From contig NC_086101.1 in assembly GCF_963921235.1 (NCBI RefSeq), positions 8,868,001-8,932,000 on the forward strand: DNA of 64,000 bases, given 5' to 3'. The notes beneath the pieces were generated by a model that made no database searches, had not been told where the DNA came from, and saw nothing but the letters and a program-made list of their open reading frames with translations. Source of the DNA: Mobula hypostoma. Its lineage: Eukaryota. This document shows positions 1 through 12,939 of this stretch, piece by piece. The translations under genes were made by a program, and so were the position numbers. Every line of letters starts with the position of its first letter. Position 1 is the first letter of the stretch.

Positions 1-2565
1 ATTAGCGGAAGTTAGAGAAGTCAATGTTCATGCCATCAGGTTGGAGGCTACCCAGACGGAATATAAGGTGTTGTTCCTCCAACCGGTATGTGGCTTCATC
101 TTGACAGTAGAGGAGGCCGTGGATAGGCATGTCAGAATGGGAATGGGATGTGGAATTAAAATGTGTGGCCACTGGGAGATCCTGCTTTCTCTGTCGGACA
201 GAACGTAGGTGTTCAGCAAAACGATCTCCCAGTGTGCGTCAGGTCTCACCAATATATAGAAGGCCACATCGGGAGCCCCGGACGCAGTATATCACCCCAA
301 CCGACTCACAGGTGAAGTGTCGCCTCACCTGGAAGGACTGTCTGGGACCCTGAATGTTGGTAAGGGAGGAAGTGTAAGGGCCTGTGTAGCACTTGTTCCG
401 CTTACAAGGATAAGTGCCAGGAGGGAGATCAGTGAGAGTAATGGGGAACCGAATGGACAGGGGAGTCGCTTAGGGAGCGATCCCTGCAGAAAGCAGAGAG
501 GGGGGAGGGAAAGATGTGCTTAGTGGTGGGATCCCGTTGGAGGTGGCGGAAGTTACGGAGAATAATATGCTCGACCCGGAGGCTGGTGGCGTGGTAGGTG
601 AGGACCAGGGGAACCCTATTCCTAGTGAGGTGGCGGGAGGATAGGGTGAAAGCAGATGTGCGTGAAATGGGAGGGATGCGTTTGAGAGCAGAGTTGATGG
701 TGGAGGAAGGGAAGCCCCTTTCTTTAAAAATGGAGGACATCTCCCTCCTCCTGGAATGAAAAGCTTCATCCTGAGAGCAGATGCGGCGGAGACGGAGGAA
801 TTGCGGGAAGGGGATGGCATTTTTGCAAGAGACAGGGTGAGAAGAGGAATAGTCCAGATAGCTGTGAGAGTCAGTAGGCTTATAGTAGACATCAGTAGAT
901 AAGCTGTCTCCAGAGATAGAGACAGAAAGATCTAGAAAGGGAAGGCAGGTGTCAGAAATAGACCAGGTAAACTTGAGGGCAGGGTTAAAGTTGGAGGCAA
1001 AGTTAATAAAGTCAACGAGTTCTGCATGCGTGCAGGAAGCAGCGCCAATGCAGTCGTCGATGTAGCGAAGGAAAAGTGGGGGACAGATACCAGAATAGGT
1101 TTGGATCATAGATTGTTCCACAAAACCAACAAAAAGGCAGGCATAGCTAGGACCCATACGGGTGCGCATAGCTACACCTTTTGTTTGGAGGGTGTGGGAG
1201 GAGCCAAAGGAGAAATTATTAAGAGTAAGGACTACTTCCGCTAGACGGAGCAGAGTGGTGCTAGAGTGGAACTGATTAGGTCTGGAATCTAAAAGAAGCG
1301 GAGAGCTTTGAGACCTTCCTGATGGGGGATGGAAGTATATAAGGACTGGACATCCATGGTGAAGATAAAGCAGTGGGGGCCAGGGAACTTAAAATCATCG
1401 AAAAGTTTAACGGCGTGAGAAGTGTCACGAACATAGGTAGGAAGGGGTGAACAAGTGGGGGATAAAACAGTGTCGAGGTATGCAGAAACGAGTTCGGTGG
1501 GGCAGGAGCAAGCTGAGACAACAGGTCTGCCAGGACAGGGAGGTTTGTGGATCTTGGGTAGGAGGTAGAAACGGGAAGTGCGAGGTGTGGGAACTATAAG
1601 GTTGGTAGCAGCGGATGGGAGATCCCTTGAGCGGATAAAGTCGGTGGTGGTGTGGGAGAAAATAGCCTGGTTCTCCTTAATGGGGTCACGATCGAGGGGT
1701 AAGTAAGAGGAGGTATCCGCGAGTTGTCGCTGTGCCTCAGCAAGGTAGAGGTCAGTACGCCAGACTACAACAGCACCCCCCTTATCGGCGGGTTTAATAA
1801 TAAGGTTAGGATTAGTGCGGAGGGAGTGGAGAGCAGAGCGTTCCGAAGGAGTGAGGTTGGAATGGGGACAAGGTGCGGTGAAGTCGAGACGGTTGATGTC
1901 CCGTCGGCAGTTAGCGATAAAGAGATCCAGAGCAGGCAGAAGACCAGAGCGGGGTGTCCATGAAGAAGAGGAGGGTTGAAGACGGGAGAAGGGGTCATCG
2001 GTGGGGGTGGAAGAGTCCTTGCTGAAGAAGTAGGCTCGGAGACGGAGACGGCGGAAGAAGTGTTCCGCATCATGGCGAACACGGAACTCGCTGAGGTGTG
2101 GGCGAAGGGGGACAAAGGTGAGGCCCTTACTGAGGACAGAGCGTTCTGCCTCCGACTGATGAAGGTCGGAGGGGATGGTAAAGATCCGGCACGGATGAGA
2201 GCTGGGATCAGAGGGGGGAGGGGGGAGGCTGGGGGTGTCAATGGAGAGGGGAGGGTTGGGGTGAGAGGAAGATGGAGCCTCTGAGGGCCCAGTAGCTGAT
2301 GGTCGGATCTGAGGGAGACGGGGTTGCAGAGTCGTGGTGGGGGAAGGGGAGATGGGAGTCACAATAGCAGCATATAAAGACCCGGCCTGGAGTTCAAGGC
2401 TGGAGTATCTGATTTGATGGAGAATCGGATGTGTTTCTTTTCCGGCTCTTCCTGCAGTACCGGTTCCCAGCAGCAGGTGGGGATCCTCGCCGTGAAACTG
2501 ATCTTTGCACAGCTCGCTATCCCCATATCCTGGTTGAAAGCGGTCCCGCCATGAACTGAACGTCC
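1..2565 (-). mobile_element. Penelope-like retroelement (Neptune-type), RT + GIY-YIG ORF broken by frameshifts; runs off the window start
   Basis: ORF 1289-2362 (KPADKGGAVVVW, FYLLPKIHK, MDVQSLYTSIP) and ORF 429-1169 (MGPSYACLF, FLRYIDD, YYKPTDSHSYL) are PLE RT motifs. GIY-YIG coding sequence lies at ~1-340. A Cys-rich RT-EN linker suggests the Neptune clade. Confidence 0.93.
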
Positions 2566-3540
2566 AAACATTAAGAACAGGAATTCTGCAGAAGCTGGAA
2601 ATTCAAGCAACACACATAAAAGTTGCTGGTGAACGCAGCAGGCCAGGCAGCATCTCTAGGAAGAGGTGCAGTCGACGTTTCAGGCCGAGACCCTTCGTCA
2701 GGACTAACTGAAGGAAGAGTGAGTAAGGGATTCGAAAGTTGGAGGGGGAGGGGGAGATCCAAAATGATAGGAGAAGACAGGAGGGGGAGGGATGGAGCCA
2801 AGAGCTGGACAGGTGATTGGCAAAAGGGATACGAGAGGACAGGAGGTCCGCGAAGAAAGACAAGGAGCGGGGGGGGGGACCCAGATGATGGGCAAGGAGT
2901 ATATTCAGAGGGACAGAGGGAGAAAAAGGAGAGTGAGAGAAAGAATGTGTGTATAAAAGTAAGTAACAGATGGGGTACGAGGGGGAGGTGGGGCATTAGC
3001 GCAAGTTAGAGAAGTCGATGTTCATGCCATCAGGTTGGAGGCTGCCCAGACGGAATATAAGGTGTTGTTCCTCCAACCTGAGTGTGGCTTCATCTTTACA
3101 GTAGAGGAGGCCGTGGATAGACATGTCAGAATGGGAATGGGATGTGGAATTAAAATGTGTGGCCACTGGGAGATCTTGCTTTCTCTGGCGGACAGAGCGT
3201 AGATGTTCAGCAAAGCGGTCTCCCAGTCTGCGTCGGGTCTCGCCAATATATAAAAGGCCACATCGGGAGCACCGGACGCAGTATATCACCCCAGTCGACT
3301 CACAGGTGAAGTGTCGCCTCACCTGGAAGGACTGTTTGGGGCCCTGAATGGTGGTAAGGGAGGAAGTGTAAGGGCATGTGTAACTTCCGCCACCTCCAAC
3401 GGGATCCCACCACTAAGCACATCTTTCCCTCCCCCGCCTCTCTCTGCATTCCGCAGGGATAGCTCCCTACGCAACTCCCTTGTCCATTCGTCCCCCCCCC
3501 CCCCATCCCTCCCCACTGATCTCTCTCCTGGTACTTATCC
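2566..3540 (-). mobile_element. Upstream pseudo-LTR of the PLE (GIY-YIG end + 3' UTR + tail, 2566-3380) with a 5'-inverted segment (3381-3540)
   Basis: 2996-3380 repeats 1-385 almost exactly (FTCESTGVIYCVRCSRCGLLYIGETRRRL). 3381-3540 is the adjoining PLE segment on the opposite strand. Confidence 0.88.
2670..2705 (-). ncRNA. Minimal type I hammerhead ribozyme in PLE pLTR
   Basis: Minus strand reads agtc-CTGACGA-agggtctcggcct-GAAA-cGTC-gact: intact core, stem I agtc/gact, stem II hairpin, GUC site. Confidence 0.82.
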
Positions 3541-3886
3541 ATAGCCTCCAACCTGCTGGCATGAACATCAATTTCTTGAACTTCCGGAAATGGCCACACC
3601 CTCACCATTCCCCATTCCCATTTCACTCTGTCATCTTGTCTCCTTTCATGCTCATCACTTCCCTCTGGTGCCCCTCCACCTCCCCTTTCTTCCACCGCCT
3701 TCTGTCCTCTATCAGATTCCCCCTTCTCCAGCCCTTTATCAATTTCACCAGTCTCTTTCCCAGCTCTTTATTCACCACTCCCCCTCTCCCGGTTTCACTG
3801 ATCACCAACAACCTTGTATTTCTTCTTTCCCTCCCCTCACCTTCTTCCTCTGAATTCTCATCTTTTTTTCTCCAGTCCTGACGAAG
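3541..3886 (+). mobile_element. Older PLE 3' end, truncated inside the hammerhead
   Basis: Encodes SLQPAGMNINF, followed by a pyrimidine-rich UTR; ends at cagtcctgacgaag. Confidence 0.75.
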
Positions 3887-4759
3887 ATCTGATCTTCTCT
3901 TGCTTGAAGCTTTGGTGAGGTCACATTTGGAGTGTTGTGGAGACACAAGAGTCAGCAGAGACAAGGCTTTGATGCAGAATCTCAGCCTGAAACGTCGACT
4001 ATCACTTTTCCTGTAGAGATGCCACCCGACCTGCTGAGTTCCTCTATCGGCTTCTTTTTGTCTTTGGAGTACCGAGTATTTTTCTGTGCATTGTATATTT
4101 GACGGTCTTCTTTCTTTTGGCTTCCATAGGATTTCTTTATTTTGTGGCTGCCAGTGAGGAGGCAGGAAAAGGGAGGCGGGGTGTGTGGGATATAGAGTGT
4201 ACGCAGAAAGGTGGGGTTAGTTTAATTTGGTCTCATGGTCAGCACAGACACAGTGGGACCAGGTTACTGAGGGAACTGGGAAAATACATTGTGAAGGCTC
4301 TGACCACAAAGAGTAAACAAGGGTGGATACAACTCTCGGTGAGAAACCCCCGGTCACAGCTCTCTGGCCCGAGGAGTATCAGGCAGAGAGAGGAGTACAG
4401 TGAAGAGGATAGGAGGAGAACACGTGATAGCTCTGCAGATGATTTGAATGACATTCATGAGGTGTTGCAGGCACATTGAGATTTAAAGAGCAATTAGCGA
4501 GAGAATAGATTTTCTTAAGCACTGATGTGGTTATCAAACGGTGGAACAGCTCGGGAGGGGAGTGGTCTTAAATCAATATTTCCCTTCTCTGTTTCCCAGG
4601 GAAAACATCATGGGATCCACGGAATGAAGGAAAATGAACATTAATATCTTGGAAAATCTCGCATTTCAAAAGAGTAGGTGCTGATGATGTGAAAGTCAAT
4701 TGAGGTGGATAAATCCCCAGAGCCTGATCAAGGGCATGTGAAGACATCAGGAGTAGGTC

Positions 4760-5398
4760 CACCCTATTACCGCAACTTTTGGGTTACCAATGATAGAACT
4801 AAATCATCTAACCTCTTCAGCTCATCGGATGATTGCATTTCTTACATTAATGGCTAGAAGATCCATTTTGCTGAATTGGAAAGAGATCAATCCTCCTGCA
4901 ACATTTCATTGGTTCTCTCAAACTATGTTGTATTTAAACTTGGAAAAAATTAGAAGTGTTATTTATGATCCCTCTATTAATTTCAAAAAGACTTGGAGGG
5001 CATTTATTCAACACTTCCATGTGATAAAATTTGACCTTTTTCAAACTTATTCTATTTCTTTTTAATATATGTCGAGATGAGCAGATTCGACGACATTAAT
5101 GGTTCCTTTTTTTGACGTTACACAACAGCCCGTGTCTTTTTCTTTCTTTCGTTTAGGTGGTTACCATTGTTTAGATTAGTTTTTCTTTTCGGTATATATT
5201 ATTTTTCCTTTTTAATTTTTATTTTTTTTTTGTATATTATATTTGTATCTTGTACGATAGGGAGGTTTAATACCCATGTGCCAACTTGGTTTATGTTTAA
5301 ATATGTTAATTATAACAATGTATTCCCAATTACTTTGTATTAATACTGTGTTATGTTTATCATTATGAAACATAAAAAGATTGAATATTAAAAGAAAA
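4760..5398 (+). mobile_element. L1-clade LINE 3' fragment
   Basis: ORF 4790-5065 (ARRSILLNWK..PP...W...LNLEKI...FKKTWRAF) resembles the C-terminus of fish L1 ORF2. It is followed by a T-rich UTR and an A-rich end. Confidence 0.7.
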
Positions 5399-5604
5399 GG
5401 ACTAGTTCAAAATTGCAGTCGCCTTGGCAGAGAGATTTATTTCACACTTAGCCACAGGTGAGGGGCCGGACGACTGGAGGGTGGCTCAAGGACACAACTT
5501 GAGAAGGGTTGGAAAGACAATCCGGGGAACTCCAGGCCGCTGAGCCTCACATCTGTGATGGGAAAATTTCTGAGAGACAGGATCGAAGAGAGTTTGCCCA
5601 GAAA

Positions 5605-7715
5605 ACCATAGAACATAGGAGCAGAATCACGCCATTTGGTCCATCAAGTCTACTCTGTCAATCCATCATGGCAGACTTATTTACCTTCTCAATCCTATTC
5701 TCCTGCCTTCTCCCGACAATTTGACGCCCTTACTAATTAAGAACCCATCAACCTCAACTTTAAATATACTCAATGACTTGGCCCCCACATCTCTCTCTGA
5801 CAATGAATTCCAGTTTCATAATCTTCTCGCTAAAGAAATTCCCCCTCACCAATGCACAAAAGGGATGTATTTGTATTATTTGTCTGTGCGCCTTGGTCCT
5901 CGACTCTCCCACTATTGGAGACATCCTCTCCAACTCCACTTTCTGCAGGCCATCCAATATTTGATTGGTCACAATGAGATAACTCGTTATTTTTCTAAAC
6001 TCCAGCAAATGCAGGCACAGAACCATCAAATGCTTCTTCCAACTAACCCGTTCTTTACCAGGATCATTTTTCTGAACTACCTCTGAACCCACTCCAATGT
6101 CACCACATCCCTTCTGATACAAGGAGCCAAAACTGCTCTCAATATTCGAAATGGAGACTTGGTTAATGCCTTATCAAGGCTCAGCATGACATAATTTCTT
6201 TTACATTCTTGTCCCCTCAGAGTTAATGCTGACATTGCATTTGCCTTCCCGACTACTGACTCAGCCTGCATGTTAAGCTTTGGATAATACTGCCCGGGAA
6301 TTCCCAGGTCCCTCTCCACCTTTGATTTCTGAATTTGCTGCATGTTTGATAGAAACATAGAAAACCTATAGCACAATACAGGCCCTTCAGCCTACAATGC
6401 TGTGCCGAACATGTACTTACTTTAGAAATTACCCATAGCACTCTATTTTTCGAAGCTCCATGTACTTATCCAGGAGTCTCTTAAAAGATCTAATTATATC
6501 CGCCTCCACCACCGTCACCGGCAGTCAATTCCATGCACTCACCACTCTGAGTGAAAAACTTACCCCTGACCTCTCCTCTGTACCTACTTGAAAGCACCTT
6601 TATTCCTTCGATACCTTTATTCCCTCTACCAACGTGCACGACCATGTACTTCCCGACACTATATTCCAGCTACCACTCCTTTGTCATTCTGCAATCGAAG
6701 GCCTACTGCAGACTCCCTGTTTCCTCAACACTACCTACCCCTCCAGCGACCTTTCTATTGTCCACAAAACCAGCAATTCTGCCATCCATATCACTGACAA
6801 ACAAAATGAAAAGAAGCGGTCCCAACACCGACCCCTGTGGACACCACTCGTCACCGGCACCCGACCAGTAAAGGGCCTCTTTATTCCCTCTCTTTATCTC
6901 CTGAGAGTCAGTCAATCTTCTATCCGTGCTGGTATCTTTCCTGTAATTCCATGGACTCTCACCTTGTTTAGCAGCCTCATGTGCGGCTCCTTGTCAAATG
7001 CCTTCTGAATATCCAAGTAAACAACGTCTATTGACTCTTCTTTGTCTCTCCTTCCTGTTATTTTGTCAAAGAATGCAACAGATTGGTCAGGCAAGATTTC
7101 TCCTGAAGGAAAAATCATACTGAATTCAACCTATCATATGCCTTCAATTACTCTGAAACCTCATCCCTAATAACAGACTCTAACCAACCAGTGAAGTCAG
7201 AAGAAATCGCCTATAATTTCCTGTCTTCTGCCTCCCTCCCTTCTTAAAGAGTGGAGTGACATTTGCAAATTTCCCAGTCCCCCAAAACCACTAGTAAAAA
7301 TTGAAAGATTAGCACTAATGTCCCCACAATCACTTCAGCTACTTCTTTAAGAACCTCTGGGTCTCAATCATCTGGTCCAGGTGACTTGTCTACTTTCAGA
7401 TCTTTCTGTTTTCCACGGTCCTTCTCCACAGTGACAGTGACTCACTCACTTCAGTGCCCTGACACTCTCAAAATTCTGGCAGACTGCTGGCCTCTTCCAC
7501 AATGAAGACTGATACAATATAGTTAATGACTTTGTCCACCATTTCCAATGTAACTTTCTCGTGGTCTGATATTTACTCTCACCTTTCTTTTGCTCTTATT
7601 TATCTGATAAAACTTTTGATATCCTCCTTTATATTATTGACTAGCTAACCTTCATATTTCATCTTTACTAAACTGTTTTTTTTAAGTTTCCTTCCGTTAG
7701 TTTTGAAAAGCTTCC
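5605..7715 (-). mobile_element. Decayed CR1 LINE ORF2 3' half, with a second CR1 3' end nested at ~6350-6600
   Basis: VYLDIQKAFDKEPH and [11 protein letters not shown] in ORFs 6912-7118 and 6703-6915; catagaa-type tails at ~5607 and ~6350. Confidence 0.88.
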
Positions 7716-7799
7716 CAGTTCTCTCGCTCCCAACAGAGGACTTGTTCCCTTCCTGTTTCTCATTTCCACTCACACTGACTCAGTAGACAATCCCTCCAC

Positions 7800-8240
7800 C
7801 ACGTTCTCCATTGAGTCATTCAGCCCGGGAACTGCTGCTGGAAGATCATCAACTCAGTGAGAGACGCTCTTTGTTCTGCCCGAAACCTGTTGGTCTCCCA
7901 GCACAGTCAGATGTCACGAAGGGAACGCTGTCGACAGGCACAGTCCAGGCCGCAGGAGGATGTGCTGAGGGACACAGTGACTCTCAGTGCAGCCAGTGCA
8001 AAGTCTCTGGGAGAGGACCATAGTCGAGACTCTTTCTGCTACCGCACATGAAGGGCCTGGGTCAGGTGGGGAAGCCCAGTGAACACTGAAATTTGCAACA
8101 TCCCCGAGGCTATCTGAATGGCAATGTTTTAAACAGTGTCAACACTGCTGAATGTATCGACCATATGACATTCAGAATGTCAAATATCATTTGAACTGCT
8201 TTAAACTTTTGTAGATAATTTATTATAAATAAAGCTTTTT
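7800..8240 (+). mobile_element. Probable Tx1/L1-clade LINE 3' fragment
   Basis: DALCSARNLLV..RERCRQAQSRPQEDVLRD resembles a Tx1-type ORF2 C-terminus; AATAAA at ~8228. Confidence 0.5.
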
Positions 8241-8264
8241 CTTTTAACTATATGTTTACCTTTG

Positions 8265-11200
8265 CAGCACACACAAAAATGCTGGACGAATGCAGCAGGC
8301 CAGGCAGCATCTAAGGAAAAGAGTCCAGTCAACGTTTTGGGCCGATACGCTTCATCAAGACCAGAGAGAAACAGATGAGGAGTCAGGGTTAAAAGTTGGG
8401 GGAGGGGAGGGAGAAACACAGGGTGAGAGGTAAAACCACAAGGCGGGAGAGGTGAAGTAAAGAGCTGGGAAGTTGATTAGTGAAAGAGATACATGGCTGG
8501 AGAAGGGCACGGAAGAAAGAAAAGGGGGAGGAGTACCAGAGGGAGGCAATGGGCGGGCAAGGAGATAAAGTGAGAGAGGGAAAAGGGGACAGGGAATGGC
8601 GAAAGAGGGGCTGAGAAATTGATGTTCATGCCATCAGGATGGAGAATACCCACGTAGGAAATAAGGTGTTGCTCCTCCAACCTGAGCATGGCCTCATCGC
8701 CATAGATTGAAATGTCAGAATGGGAATGGGAAGTTTAATTAAAATGGGTGGCCACTGGGTGATCCTGCTTTTTCTGGCAAATGGAGCATTGGCGCTTGGT
8801 GAAGCGGCCTGCCAATCTATGTCGGGTCTCACTGACGTACAGGAGGCCACACCGGGAGCACCAGACACAGTACATGACCCCAACAGACTCACAGGTGAAC
8901 TGTTTGCCAGCAGGGAGATCAGTGGGGGGGGGGGGGCGAATAGACAAGGCAGTCGTGTAGGGGGAGAACCCTGTGGAAAGCAGAAAGTGAGGGGGAGGGA
9001 AAGATGTGCTTGGCAGTGGGATCTTGTTGGAGATTGTGGAAGTTACGGAGAATTATGTGCTGGACACAGAGGTTGGTGGGGTGGCAGGTGAAGACAAAAG
9101 GAACCCTTTCCCTAGTGGGGTGGCAAAAGAATGGTGTGAGACCAGACATCGTGAACTGGAAGAGATGCGGTTGAGGGCAGCATTGATGGTGGAGGAAGTG
9201 AAGCTGCTTTTTTTGAAGAAGGAGGACATCTCCATCTTTCTGAAATGAAAAACCTCTTCCTGAGAGTAGATGCGACAGAGACAGAGGAATTGAGATAAGG
9301 GGATTGCGTCTATACAAGCAACAGGGTGGGAAGAGGTACAGTCCAGGTAGCAGTGAGAGTCCGTGGGTTTATAACGGGCTTCAGTAAATAAGCTGTCTCC
9401 AGAGACAGAGATAGTGAGGACGAGAAAGGGAATGGAGGTGTTGGAAATGGACCAGGTAAATTTGAGAGCAGGGTGGAGGTTGGAGGCAAAGTTGATGAAG
9501 TCGAAGAGCTCAGAATCGGTGCAGGAAGCAACACCAATGCAGTCATCAACGTAGCGTAGGAAAAGTGGGGGACAGACACCAGTAACATAAACTGTTCCAT
9601 GGAGCTGATGAAAAGGCAGACATAGCTGGGACCCTTACGAGTGCCCATGGCTACCCCTTTTGTTTGAAGGAAGTGGGAGGAGCCAAAGGAGACATTACTG
9701 AGAGTGAGGACAAGTTCTGCCAGACAGAGGAGAGTGGTGGTGGTGGAGAAGAACTGGTTGGGTCTGCTGTTCAGTAAGAAATGGAGAGCTTTGAGGCCTT
9801 CCTGGTGGGGTATGCAGGTGTATTGTGTTACGTACCCCGTAACTGGGTTGCCAAACCAGCAGAAATGGACCACTCAGTTGGAGTCTGGATTACTGGAACT
9901 AAGAAAGTTTTATTAAAGAAATAAGTAACACAGTACTTAACGTAAGGATATAAATGCAACGGGTTAGCAATGATAAAGCACACATGTACACAGAACTAGG
10001 ATAATAAGAATCAGTCAAGCTCTATCGCAGTCTAGGGGTAAAATGATCAGTCTCAAGTGACACAGAGTTCAGATCAGTTTAGTTCAGTTCGCAGTAATCG
10101 CTGTTGTGCCGTTGGGGGGAGAGAGAGAGAGCGAATATTCAAATCGGATTCAACAGACCTTATATATTCCTCGCAGTTAGCTTTCGGGCGAGCCCTTTAT
10201 AATGTCTTGTGAGGTCACCGACTGTGACCCCTCCATTCTGGATATGATCGTTCTTCAGCGGTGAACCCGGCACCCAGGCAAGGGCGGACACACACACCAG
10301 GTTCCCGCCGATCGTGCCTTTTCACCCTGTGCGTCTATGGTCAGTCCCGCGATCAGACCTCCAAAACTCCCACCAACTTGTGGCGGGGGGGCACCACACT
10401 TCCAGGGTCTCGTTACCTCGTGGTGTCGTGGTGTCTTGCCTTAGCGAACCTGTTCCTTTTATCCCCCTGCTGGGGTATCGCCTGTCCATCAAACTTCAAA
10501 CAGTTCAGGTCAAAGCCACCAGTTTAAACAATACTCGGAACTGTGTCTCTTTTCGTTAATCTCTCTCTCGTCTCTCTCTGATTAGCATTTTGAATATTTC
10601 CCCCATTTGTCTCTCTCTTATCTCTCTTATCGGCATCAATCTTCTGATAACTTGGTCTGTTGTCACAATTGGTACAGGACAACCAGAGTGAAATTCTGAT
10701 GATTAGGGCCAGGGAATTTGAAATCATTGAAACTGGACCAGGAGGGATAAAACAGAGTCGAGGTATGCCGATATGAGTTCAGTGGGGCAGGAACAAGCTG
10801 AAACAATGGGTCTACCTGGACAGGCAGGTTTGTGGATCTTGGGAAAGAGGTAGAAAGGGGAGGTGCGGGGTGCGGGAACTATGAGGTTGGAGGCAGTGGA
10901 TGGGAGATCCCCAGAGGTTATAAAGTCAGTGATGGTGTAGGAGACAGTGGCCTGGTGCTCCTTAGTGAGGTCCTGTTCGAGGGGCAAGTGAGTAAGAGGT
11001 GTCTGAGAATTGTCGCTGGACCTGAACAGTAGAGGTCAGTACGCCAGACTACTACAGCACTCCACTTATCCGCGGGTTTGAGGGTGAGGTGAGGATTAGT
11101 GCTGATGGAGTAGAGAGCAGAGCGTTCGGCAGGAGTGAGGTTGGAATTGGAGGGAGGAGTGGTGAAGTGGAGATGGTTGATGTCCCGTCGGCAGTTGGCA

Positions 11201-11284
11201 ATGTAAAGATCCAGAGCAGGCAGAAGACCCGAGCGGGGTGACCAGGGTGAGGAGTGGGGTTGAAGACCGGAGAAGAGGTCATCG
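8265..11284 (-). mobile_element. 5'-truncated decayed PLE interrupted by a solo LTR
   Basis: RT (FYLFPKIHKPACPGRPIVS; LQTKGVAMGTRKGPSY), GIY-YIG (FTCESVGVMYC) and a degenerate hammerhead/tail at ~8270-8362. Confidence 0.88.
9826..10667 (-). mobile_element. Solo LTR (Gypsy/ERV-type), 842 bp
   Basis: TGTTAC...GTCACA termini; 4-bp TSD ATTG (9822-9825 / 10668-10671); minus-strand AATAAA at 9909-9914. Homologous to 22891-23751. Confidence 0.9.
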
Positions 11285-11720
11285 GTGCTTGTCCTCCCAC
11301 GGCCTTCAGTCTGTCGGATTGCCAGGAGAGAGGTGAGAGCACCAGCGACCCATCAGCAGCCGCTCCGCGCAGCTCCGGTCTCCCAGCAGCAGGAGACGGG
11401 TTTCGGAGGCAGCTGCAGACAACAGGCCCCGATCCCCGGCGGGGAAAGGCCCGGCACCCTCCGTATAGCTGGAACAGCTCACGGAATCTCCTCACCTCCA
11501 CAACGGAAAAGATGCGCAGCCCCGGTCGGTGTTGTAGCGGTTGCCCAAGGTGCAGCTGCCGATTTGCGGCCTGTCCCCGGATCGGAGCCACTCGCTCCGG
11601 GTGGCAATGGACGGCCCACTGGGCGGGGCTCACTCCTCGGCCGATGAGAGCCGGTCCGGCTGATTGACGGACCGCCTCCGAGAGCTGCAGAGTTCAGTCC
11701 GATGGAAGCGCCGAGCTTGT
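11285..11720. promoter_or_regulatory. Non-repetitive CpG-rich island with GC box (candidate promoter)
   Basis: Dense CpG relative to its flanks; GGGCGGGGCT at 11621-11630; no similarity to the PLE copies elsewhere in the window. Confidence 0.45.
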
Positions 11721-11900
11721 TCTCAGAGTCACAGGAAGCTCCTGTCAGTAACTTTGTTCATCGCCTGTGCATGTGAACTTTGTGTTAATGAACTCGGGCA
11801 CAGTTCACTCAGACCAACACCACTGACCACAAGTCACCAGGAGGTGGTCAGCACGGGTCATCCTGCAGACAGTGCAGGAGAAGGACTCGATGTACACGGT

Positions 11901-12402
11901 ACAACACACAGAAAATGCTGGAGGAACTCAGCGGGCCAGGCAGCTTCTATGGGGGGGGTGAAAAGTACAGTCGTCGCTTCGGACCGAAACCCTTCGGCAG
12001 GACTGGGGAAAGAAGAACTGAAGTAGATATAAAAGATGGGGGAGGGGGAGAGACACACACGGTGATCGGAGTAACCTGAAGGGGGAGGGATGAAGTAAAG
12101 AGCTGGGAAGTTAATCGGTGAAAGAGATACAGGGCTGGAGAAGGGGGAGTCTGATAGAAGAGGACAGAAGACCATGGAGGAAAGGGGGAGGAGCACAAGA
12201 CGGAGGCGATGGGCGGGCAAGGAGATAAGATGAGAGAGGGAAACGGCGGATGGGGAATGGTGAAGGAGAGGGAGTTGGGGGCATTACCGGAAGTTCGAGA
12301 AATCGATGTTGATGCCATCAGGCTGGAGGCTACCCAGACAGAATATAAAGTGTTGTTCTTCCAACCTAATCGTGGACTCATCACGACAGTGGAGGAGGCC
12401 AT
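11901..12402 (-). mobile_element. PLE 3' end with degenerate hammerhead
   Basis: End of GIY-YIG coding sequence, UTR, then cagtc-ctgccga-agggtttcggtcc-gaag-cgac-gactg and a gctgcctggcccgctgagttcctccagca tail. Confidence 0.8.
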
Positions 12403-12459
12403 GGTAATGTCCCCCACGTCTCCTTCACCATCCCGTCCACTTTTTCCCAGTGGGGGGTA

Positions 12460-12890
12460 AATTATTGGAGAAGGTCCTGAGCGGAAGGATTTATTAGCAT
12501 TTGGAGGGACATAATCTGATCAGGGATAGTCTGCCTGGTTTTGTCAAGGGCAGGTCATGCCTTATGAACCTGACTGAATTCTTTGGGGATGTAACAAAAC
12601 ACATTGATGAATGTGGAGCAGTGGATGTAGTGTATATGGATTTCAGAAAGGCATTCGAGAAAGGCTCCCCATGTGAAGCTCATTCAGAAAGCAATGAGGC
12701 ATGGGATCCAAGGGGACTTTGTTTTGTGGATCATGAATTGGCTTGAGCACAGAAGGCAAAGAATGATTGTGGATAGTTCGAATTCTGCATGGAGGACGGA
12801 GACCAGTGGTGTACTGCAGGGATCTGTTCTTGGACCCGTTCTCTTCGTGATTTTTATAAATGACCTGGAAAAGCAAGTAGACGGATGGTT
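12460..12890 (+). mobile_element. CR1 RT fragment (a CR1 3' end follows at ~13546-13870)
   Basis: [45 protein letters not shown]. Confidence 0.85.
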
Positions 12891-12939
12891 TCAATCACAT
12901 TCGTGAGGCATGACCTGCCCTTGATAAAACGAGGCAGGC

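Noticed and set aside
429..2362. RT + GIY-YIG nuclease + structured RNA as a novel retron-like or defence system
   Set aside because: This is the established architecture of Penelope-like elements, and the ORF here is frameshifted.
11052..11667. Overlapping 120-193 aa ORFs as a gene
   Set aside because: Open frames on both strands are expected from high GC; there are no recognisable domains and part is out-of-frame PLE.
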